From Octopus vulgaris (taxonomy: Eukaryota): a stretch of 64,000 bases of DNA. The position numbers and the translations under genes were made by a program. The stretch is taken from contig OX597835.1 of assembly GCA_951406725.2 (NCBI GenBank), forward strand, positions 29,140,001 to 29,204,000. The letters are read 5' to 3'. Under the pieces are notes generated by a model, which saw only the letters and a program-made list of their open reading frames with translations, was not told where the DNA came from and did no database searches. Of the stretch, positions 53,949 through 64,000 are shown piece after piece (position 1 is the first letter of the stretch; every line of letters starts with the position of its first letter).

Positions 53949-54595
53949 GCAAACTTGACCTGGTCAGGGTTTGAACTCAGAACGCAAAGAGCCGGAACGA
54001 ATAACAAGGCAATTTGTCTAACGCTTCAACGACTCTAAAACCTAAACAACATATTTTTCAATTCAACAAGAGGTGCACGAATATCCTCACCCTACCAACA
54101 TTGCATATCTTCATATTTTCTCCACCACCACCACCACCACCAATACCAGCACCAGTAACAACAACAACGACAACAACAGCACATTCCCTTACCATTTCTT
54201 CTCATGTTCCTCATCGTTTTCCGCTTCCTCTTTCTAATTCTGCTCCACCCCTTCCATTTTCTCCCCTCACCTCTCACTTTACCTTCATCAATTCCTGTTG
54301 TGAAGAAGAGGTCAATGCCAAAATGGTAATTTGTTTGCATATACGGAAACTGTTCTGTGTGTGTATGTGCGTGTGTGTGAATGTATCTTTAGTATGTGTG
54401 CATGCGTGCGTTTGTGTGTGTATGCGTATGTGTGTATGTGTGTTTGTGTGAAGAAGCGCTGCTATGTGAGAGGATATATATTTTGCAAAAAAATTCCTCT
54501 CTTGACTCATTCACAACAAACAAGACAACGTGATTCTGTGTGTGTGTATAGGCACACACACATACATATTTCTACACATACACACACACACACAC

Positions 54596-54626
<31 letters not shown>

Positions 54627-54672
54627 CAGACATACATACAAGTATATGTATATATGCGTGTTCGTGTGCATT

Positions 54673-54715
<43 letters not shown>

Positions 54716-54975
54716 GCATACATACAAGTATATGTATATATGCGTGTTTGTGTGCATTTGTGTGTGTATATATACATATATATATTTATACACACATATA
54801 TAATATATAGGTGTATGTATGTATGTACATCAATCTGTTTATCTCTTCATATATTCACAAATTAATGTGTATGTACATATTAATGTGTACATGTATGTGT
54901 TTATACAGGCACAAACGAACACTACATATATATATATACTTAATAGGTATGTATGTTTGTATGTACCTAAGTAAG

Positions 54976-55021
<46 letters not shown>

Positions 55022-55609
55022 TATGTGTGTGTGCGCGTAAAGAGGCATAGCCTTATGGTTAGTCCATCACATTCGTGACCGCTAGATCGTGTTCGGTTCC
55101 CAGACCGGGCGGCGAGTTGAGTTTTTGAACGAAAACACTTAATTTAACCCCATCCCTACACATCTTTCGATAAGGGCGTCGGTGTGGTATAGGGCTGAAT
55201 GTTGGTGGCCTGCTCGACTAGCCAGAGGGCTGGCGTCATTGGAATGTCGAAATGAAAGCGCACTGGGACCAGCGACGTGTAACAATATCTGATAGACAGA
55301 TCGGTTACGTGATCGCGATATACATATATGTATGTTTGTATATATATATATATATACACATATATATCAGTTGTATAAATATATCAGTTGTATAAAGTTA
55401 AAACATGGTCTAGTTTTCACGTTTTTTATTATGTATGTGTATGTTTGTGTTTGTGTATGCATGCATCTTTATCTATATCTATATGTATATATATATAAAC
55501 ATATATATACATATATATATATATATATACATACATACATATATGCATATATATATACTGATATAAATACACAAACAAGCATATATATATATATATATAT
55601 ATGTATATA

Positions 55610-55720
<111 letters not shown>

Positions 55721-56354
55721 TTGTGTGTGTATGTGTGTGTATACCTCTGTCTACCCATTCACCCCCACATACCTATTACTACATGTTTTTGTTTATTGTG
55801 AAATGACGTAACTGTGGAATTTCTACAAGAGAATTTGTACTTTACCAATTTGGTCAGATGACCGAATCATTCCTCTTCTCTCCTCCATCATCTAACTCCA
55901 CCTCCCCACTATATGACCCTCCTACCCACCCCTCGCCCAACACCCCACTCTCTGCTGTCATCAGCACCCACCCCATCCATCTCTCCACCCTAACCTGACC
56001 ACCACATTCAAGCCTCTCTACCCATCCATGTCACATGATCACAATCTGTTTCTCTCTCTGTCTCTCACTCCTCCCTCTCTCTCACTCCTCTCTCTCTCTC
56101 TCTCTCTTTGGCATTTTCTAAATCAACCAAAACATACTGTCCTTTGTTCGGAAAGTTTGAATGCCACGTGAAATAGTTTACGAAGAAAAATATAGAATAA
56201 AAAAATATATGATGACGTTGCTGATAAGTGATGAGGTGGTGGTGTGTGTGTGGGGTGGTGCTGGTGATAGTGGTGATGATGGCGGTGGTGGTGGTGGTGG
56301 TGGAATAAGGTGCTAGTAATATAACTGTGAAGAAGGATAAGTATCACGCTGATT

Positions 56355-56418
56355 ATGGTGATGGTAGTGATGATGATAATGGTAGTGATGATGATGATGA
56401 TGATGATGATAATGGTAG

Positions 56419-56458
<40 letters not shown>

Positions 56459-56612
56459 AATGGTAGTGATGATGATGATGATGATGATGAGGGTGATGAT
56501 GATATTCATTACAATTAACGCTTTATGTGCATGTTTTCCAAGATGTTACCTAATTCTTGTCTTAAGAAAGAAAATTCTTGACGTAATTCGTAAACCACGA
56601 ATGATAAACGTA

Positions 56613-56672
<60 letters not shown>

Positions 56673-56676
56673 TATG

Positions 56677-56755
<79 letters not shown>

Positions 56756-56757
56756 TG

Positions 56758-56818
<61 letters not shown>

Positions 56819-56829
56819 TGATAATAATG

Positions 56830-56878
<49 letters not shown>

Positions 56879-56883
56879 TGATG

Positions 56884-56922
<39 letters not shown>

Positions 56923-56931
56923 TTAATAATG

Positions 56932-57019
<88 letters not shown>

Positions 57020-57036
57020 TAATAATAATAATAATG

Positions 57037-57082
<46 letters not shown>

Positions 57083-57099
57083 TAATAATAATAATAATG

Positions 57100-57136
<37 letters not shown>

Positions 57137-57156
57137 TGATAATAATAATGATGATG

Positions 57157-57192
<36 letters not shown>

Positions 57193-57201
57193 TTAATAAT
57201 G

Positions 57202-57232
<31 letters not shown>

Positions 57233-57270
57233 TAATAATAATAATAATAATGATAATAATAATAATAATG

Positions 57271-57307
<37 letters not shown>

Positions 57308-57330
57308 TAATAATAATAATGATGATGATC
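56355..57330. repeat. (GAT)n and ~720-bp (AAT/GAT)n arrays
   Basis: Direct reading. Confidence 0.95.
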
Positions 57331-57553
57331 CTTTCTAATGAAGGCACAAGGCCTGAAATTTGGCGGGAGGGGACAAGTCATTTGTATCGTCCCTAGAGTT
57401 TCACTGGTACTTCATTTATCGACCACGTAAAGATGAAAGGCAAAGTTGACATCGGCGGAATTTGAACTCAATAAAATTAAAGACGGATGAAATAACGCTA
57501 AGCATTTCGCCCGGCGTGAAATCGATTCTGCCAACAACAACAACAACAACAAC

Positions 57554-57624
<71 letters not shown>

Positions 57625-58041
57625 TAATAATCTTCAGAAGAAGAAGGTTGATAATCATGATGCTGGTGGTGGTGATGACGATGATGATGATGATGATGAT
57701 GATGATGAGATTGGGGTGATTTTGCTCCGATCATGATCATCATCATGAACACGATCATGATGATGATGGTGGTGGTGATGGTGATGATGGTGGTACTGGT
57801 GCTGGTGCTGGTGATGGTGGTGGTGGTGGTGCTGGTGCTGATGGTGCTGGAGTTTTGGTGATGGTGATGCTGGTGATGGTGATGATGATGGCGATGATGA
57901 TGATGATGATGATGAGGAGGAGGAGGAGGACAACGACGACAACAACATCAATAATGGATTCTTTTAATGCCACAACTGAGTCTGTATGTCGTATGGAGGA
58001 GGTTATTAAAAGGAAAATAAACAGACATGTAAAACAACAAA

Positions 58042-58077
<36 letters not shown>

Positions 58078-58081
58078 GTGG

Positions 58082-58117
<36 letters not shown>

Positions 58118-60162
58118 GTAAACCGCTGAGTACAGCGTTATTAGGGCAAACATGTTTACATATTCTGACAAAATCTATTTGAAAGTTACCGTTGTTTTTA
58201 AAATAAAAATTATAAATATATTTAAAAAATAAACAGAAGAAAAAAATAAAATAAAACAGCAACGATATGGACAAGTCTATCTTTGATGATAACGTCAGAA
58301 TGTTACGTAAGCTCGTGGGTAGCGAACCTGACCTGACGACAACAACAACAACGGTAGCATTAGCATCAGTAAAAGCCATAATGGTTGTAGAAATAGCAAG
58401 AATGTTAGCGATGGCCTCTATATGGTTACTTGACTGCTAGAGATACTAACCAAATCTCCCCCAACTGATGTCCTCTAACCCTGTGATTTCTTATTTGCAT
58501 ACCCCCAAAATGTGTGAAAAATGATTAATATTTTCTTCAAACTTTGCATTTGTTACATTTATTGAAACCCCAAAGAATCTCTTTCAACACATGGCTATGA
58601 TGCTCCCGCACAACTCCTGCTCATCATCAGAGATGCACATATTGTCAGCCACTAAGGGCCATGCTCATGGAGTTACGGTCAAGCAACTGACAAGCAAGTC
58701 TGTGGTATTGAGCTGAATATTTGCTTTATTGATATCTCTGCTTCGGCAACTCAGTACTGAATCTCTCTAAAGTGTAATGGAAAATAAATCATCTTCAAAA
58801 CCTTGATGTCCAGGTTACAAAAGCAAGGTTTGAAGGGAACGGTAGTGATTTCCTTTGACTTCTGAATAGAAGCAAATAGGAAATAATGCTTACTAACCAA
58901 AGACAAAAAATAAAGATTTTGTTACACAATGCGATGACTTTAACAAAAAGAAGGTGCTATGCTGATCGTTTCGTTACTTGAACGAAGAAAAGGCGAAACA
59001 GTTAATTTTGGAAAACTATGATCATAGGTCACATCATAAGGATAACGTGGGGATGAACTACAACAAGCGAGCGGCTTGAAACAATTAGCTGGCTGCTGTG
59101 TGATAGTTTTACCTTCAGGGAATAGCAGCTAAATGTCTCCAAAATCACATGATTGTCATAAAAATATGGAAGGACGCATTGGATGATTTACTTTGTGGTA
59201 CACTACCTCTAGGGAAAAAAACGGATGGTCACGTCTAGAAATCCTTTGCTGACAGCTCTGCCAAATTAGGGCCATCCACGCGCTCTGTAGCATTAAGTGC
59301 AGGGTTTCCAGAAATAAACTGGACAATGTAAAGAGAATGCAATGTATCTCAAAATCAGATTGCATCTCACAGTACGGTTTATTAGTGCCTGTTGTTTTCG
59401 AGGTTATTGCCGTTACGCTCTGAGTTCAAATTCCGCCGAGATCGACTTTAACTTTCATCCTTTCGGGGTCGATTAAATAAGTACCAGTTACGCACTAGGG
59501 TCGATATAATGGACCTAATCCCTGTCTGTCCTTGTTTGTCTCCTCTATGTTTAGCCCCCTGCGAGCAATAAAGAAATATACTTGTGTTGTTCTGGTTGTT
59601 GCTGTAGTTTAGCCCCAGGTCAACCTTATGATGAGATCTTTGATCATCGTTTTCCAAAGGTGACTGTTCTCTTATTTTTCTTCCTACAAGTAGCCAAACG
59701 AAGACCACAACACCTCCGTCCGATTTTTTTGAAAGCCATAAGAGGGCATCACTTGAGTGAGATTTGGTTTGTATTTCTAGCATTCAAGTGACCATACACA
59801 GGCCACTACTAATATTACTGCTATTTCTTCAACTATTACTGCTCTTATTGATGATAATGCTGTTGTTGTTGTTATTGTCGTCGTCGTCGTCGTCGTTAGT
59901 TCAGGTGGGCTACCCACACGCTTACGTACCTTCAGGTAAAACACAAAATTACTATTGCCTTCAAAAATCAAATTCCAACTAAATTACCAAAACGCTTTCC
60001 TTCTCCCTCTTTCCTTTTGTCGCGTTGCATTTAGTAATTCCAAAACCCTACCTTTTCACTTCATCTAGTAGCAGGGTGGCTCCGATCGTAATGCAGAGAT
60101 TGCTAGTCGCGAAGAGGCATAAGAGGAGGAACAAGAGGAGGAAACACGTGTACATCGTCATG

Positions 60163-60482
60163 GATTATTATTATTATTATTATAATTGAGTGAGAGAGCA
60201 GTGCATGCCATCAAAGTGACACTGCGGTAAAATATACGAACCCCAGTATACCCATCATGACTACCCGTCTGACAAGGATACACTAGGCATATGCATCACA
60301 ACCATATGAGCGTGACATGGTGATCTCATATCAAGATAAACAGCACATGACCTTGAAGGTGGGGCCCAGTTAGAATTTTCTTCTGGTCGAGTAGCCCATC
60401 CCGCCCAAAAGGTCCCTGATTAAGAGTTGTTTAAGGATGTTGAACGAAACACCCATGTTTCCGAAGGTGAATTATCCAAACC
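60163..60482 (-). mobile_element. (AAT)n-tailed retroposon 3' half
   Basis: Homologous to 48587-49121. Confidence 0.8.
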
Positions 60483-60777
60483 TTGTAGATTCGGCAAGGA
60501 AACTTTACTATTATGGCAGCAATGAAATGCTTCCTTTCCTGCGGAAATCTAAGTGCATGACAGTGCGTTCATCTCACCAATCGCAAACTGAGAATTTTGT
60601 TGTTGTTCTGTTATTATATTCCGTCTTCTTATTAGAGCTCTGTCTATCCTAAGATATATAATATATAAGTGTATGTATGTATGTACATCAATCTGTTTAT
60701 CTCTTCATATATTCACAAATTAATGTGTATGTACATATTAATGTGTACATGTATGTGTTTATACAAGCACAAACGAA

Positions 60778-60826
<49 letters not shown>

Positions 60827-60935
60827 ATAGGTATGTATGTTTGTATGTACCTAAGTAAGTATATATATGTCTATGTGTGTGTGTGTAAAGAGGCATGGCC
60901 TTATGGTTAGTCCATCACATTCATGACCATCACAT

Positions 60936-61275
60936 TCATGTTTCATCTTTATCCATATTTTCCATTCTTTCATGAACCCTATTTCCCATATTTTCTAAGT
61001 ACATATGTCTTTGCTCTTGACACATGTGTTCTCGATTCTCTTGATCTCTATCTCTCTTATTTTCAAAATACACTTCTCTTTGGTCCTGGTTCATTTGTTC
61101 TATCCTTTGCTGGTTTCTTTCCCTCTTATGCCGTAGGATACACACTCTCTCTCCTCTTGGCTTATTTCGTTTCTTCTCTGTCTCACACTCGCGCGATTTT
61201 GATTCTTTATTTCCACCCGCTGATTCTCGCGCAACCGTTCTCTCCTAGCTGACGCCCTCGTGCTACGTCTCTCAT
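60936..61275 (-). pseudogene. Frameshifted N-terminal coding remnant with 23-aa STPR-like repeats (possibly from a Helitron RepHel)
   Basis: MNQDQREVYFENKRDRDQENREH / MCQEQRHMYLENMGNRVHERMEN / MDKDE; an upstream frame has RRNEISQEERE. Confidence 0.45.
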
Positions 61276-61547
61276 GCGATTATCCGTATTTTAATACTTT
61301 TTATTAAAACAATAAATCTCCAAAAGGATTCAGAGTGTTTCTATTGAAAAACATATACGAATGTATGAGATAGTGTTAGTTTAAAAGATGAAAATATTTC
61401 TGAAACACTCACCTAATATGCAAAGACACAGTATACAGGATACGGTAATTAATTGTACTGTAGCGAAATAAAAAGTAAAGGGAGAAAATAGAATTAATAT
61501 TTCTTTGATTATATTTTCGGCTCTATGAATTTTATTTTTTCTGCACG

Positions 61548-62514
61548 AAGAAGAAGAAGAAGAAGAAGAAGAAGAAGAAGAAGAAGAAGAAGAAGAAGAA
61601 GAAGAAGAAGAAGAAGAAGAAGAAGGAGAGGAGGAGGAGGAGGAGGAGAGGAGGAGAAGAAGAAGAAGAAGGAGGAGGAGGAGGAGGAGAAGAAGAAGAA
61701 GAAGAAGAAGAAGACGAAGAAGAAGAAGAAGAAGAAGACGAAGAAGAAGAAGAAGAAGAAGAAGGAGAGGAGGCGGAGGAGGAGGAGGAGAGGAGGAGAA
61801 GAAGAAGAAGGAGGAGGAGGAGAAGAAGAAGAAGAAGAAGAAGAAGAAGGAGGAGGAGGAGAAGGAGAAGAAGAAGAAGGAGGAGGAGGAGGAGAAGAAG
61901 AAGAAGAAGAAGAAGAAGAAGAAGAAGAAGGAGAGGAGGAGGAGGAGGAGAAGAAGAAGAAGAAGAAGAAGAAGAAGGAGGAGGAGGAGGAGAAGAAGAA
62001 GAAGAAGAAGAAGAAGAAGAAGACGAAGAAGAAGAAGAAGAAGGAGAGGAGGAGGAGGAAAGGAGGAGAAGAAGAAGAAGGAGAAGAAGAAGAAGAAGGA
62101 GGAGGAGGAGGAGAAGAAGAAGAAGAAGAAGAAGACGAAGAAGAAGAAGAAGGAGGAGAGGAGGAGGAGGAGGAGGAGAAGAAGAAGAAGAAGAAGAAGA
62201 AGAAGAAGAAGAAGAAGAAGAAGAAGAAGAAGAAGAAGGAGAGGAGGAGGAGGAGGAGGAGAGGAGAAGAAGAAGAAGAAGAAGAAGAAGGAGAAGAGGA
62301 GGAGGAGAGGAGGAGAAGAAGAAGAAGGAGGAGGAGGAGAAGAAGAAGAAGAAGAAGAAGAAGAAGAAGAAAAAGGAGGAGGAAGAGCAGGAGGAGAGGA
62401 GGAAGAATAAGAAGAAGAAGGAGGAGGAGGAGGAGGAGAAGAAGAAGAAGAAGAAGAAGAAGAAGAAGAAGAAGAAGAAGAAGAAGAAGAAGAAGAAGAA
62501 GAAGAAGAAGAAGA
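61548..62514. repeat. ~970-bp polypurine (GAA/GGA)n tract
   Basis: Direct reading. Confidence 0.95.
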
Positions 62515-63312
62515 TATACTATCGACTTATGAATGCATAAAAATCTCAGTTGAGTTACTCCGATGTGAACGGAACTGTGGTCAAGAGAACTCGCTGGGTT
62601 ATTATATGGAGATGCTTTAAAAGTCTGTACTTACGACTTGCTCATATTCTGTTCTAGATTTTTTTCTGTTTTCAGAAATATCCATTTTCTCAGATATGAT
62701 ACTTTTGAAAAACATAAAATTGAACAAGACAAAATATGAAAGTAGTTTTGCAAATGATGTTTACAACAAACATACAAACGCCGATTGTTATAGATCAGGT
62801 GGCTTCATTAGATTTAACCTAAATCTAAACACTGATGACGTCAACAACAATAACAATTTCAATAAAAACATCGATAACAAAAACAACACCACCACCACCA
62901 CCACGACCAACAACAACAACAATAGCCGGATACTGAGGTACTCCGTTACGTAACCAAACAACTTGGCTCATTCACTAACGTCCTTATGACAGGACTTAAT
63001 ATCATTATGGGAATGATTATAAAGCGGTGAGTTGGCAGACTCGTTAGCGGCATTTCGCCCGTTTTTACGTTCTGAGTTCAAATTCTGCCGAGGTCGACAT
63101 TGCCTTTCATCATTTCGGGGTAGATTTAATTAAGTACCTGTTGAATACTGGGGTCGATGTAATCGACTTGCCCCTTCCCCCAAAATTTAAAGCTTTGTCC
63201 CTATAATAGAAAGGATTATTATTATTAGTAGTAATATTTTATAGGACTGAGGTAACTCCACTAGGTATACAGAAGCAAAAAACGAAGAGTGCCATTGTTA
63301 TCAAGTGAGCGA

Positions 63313-63364
<52 letters not shown>

Positions 63365-63436
63365 TGTTGTTGTAGTAGTAGTAGTAATAGTAGCAACATC
63401 ATCATCATCATTCTTCTTCTTCTTTTTCTTCTTTTT

Positions 63437-63467
<31 letters not shown>

Positions 63468-63470
63468 TTC

Positions 63471-63531
<61 letters not shown>

Positions 63532-63536
63532 CATCA

Positions 63537-63937
63537 AAGGCGGCGAGCTGGCAGAAACGTTAGCAGGCCGGGCGGGGTGCTTAGCGGTATTTCGTCCGCC
63601 ACTGCGTTCCGAGTTCAAATTCCGCCGAGGTCGACTTTGCCTTTCATCCTTTCGGGGTCTATAAATTAAGTACCAGTTACGCACTGGGGTCGATATAATC
63701 GACTTAATCCGTTTGTCTGTCCTTGTTTGTCTTCTCTGTGTGTAGCCCTTTGTGGGCAGTAAAGAAATAGGTATTTCGTCTGTCTTTATGTTCTGATTTC
63801 AAATTCCGCCGAGGTCGACTTTGCCTTTTATGCTTTCGGGGTCGATAAATTAGGTACCTGTTGTGTACTGGAGTCGATCGAATGGACTGACCCCACTCCC
63901 CAAAAAATTTCGGGCCTTGTGCCTGGAGTAGAGTAGA
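63537..63937 (+). mobile_element. Dimeric Nin/Deu-domain SINE
   Basis: Homologous to 31592-31990. Confidence 0.9.
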
Positions 63938-64000
63938 TTTTTGTTATAATTATTGTTGTTGTTGTTGCTGTTAAGGCGGCGTGCTGAGAGAATCGTTAAG

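Noticed and set aside
56355-57396. 327-aa poly-N/M and 240-261-aa poly-I ORFs
   Set aside because: (AAT/GAT)n array; no domain content
61525-62532. 335-aa R/K/E/G ORF
   Set aside because: Polypurine tract cannot encode stops; residue type changes with phase slips

Overview
Eukaryotic, AT-rich, repeat-saturated window with no intact host protein-coding gene that I can support. The SINE families and the very high microsatellite load look like an octopus/coleoid cephalopod genome (inference from recognition, not verified). Nearly all ORFs in the supplied track are translations of (TA)n, (CA)n, (AAT)n, (GAA)n and (GGT)n tracts or of SINEs. Supportable content: many tRNA-derived SINEs of several modular families; decayed CR1-like, RTE, Dong/R4-like and Penelope retroelement fragments; Tc1/mariner remnants; two related GGATCT-ended MITEs with 8-bp TSDs; and a non-autonomous Helitron. 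The strongest unexplained signal is about 10 minimal type I hammerhead ribozyme motifs from at least 5-6 sequence families. They lie in short non-coding Penelope-type elements, several anchored in (TA)n and arranged head-to-head. One is fused to a tRNA-derived Pol III head, suggesting a hammerhead-bearing SINE mobilised by Penelope machinery. A second theme is repeated local template-switch duplications and inversions. All alignments and folds were done by eye, so boundaries are approximate (about 10-30 bp unless a TSD or TIR is given).
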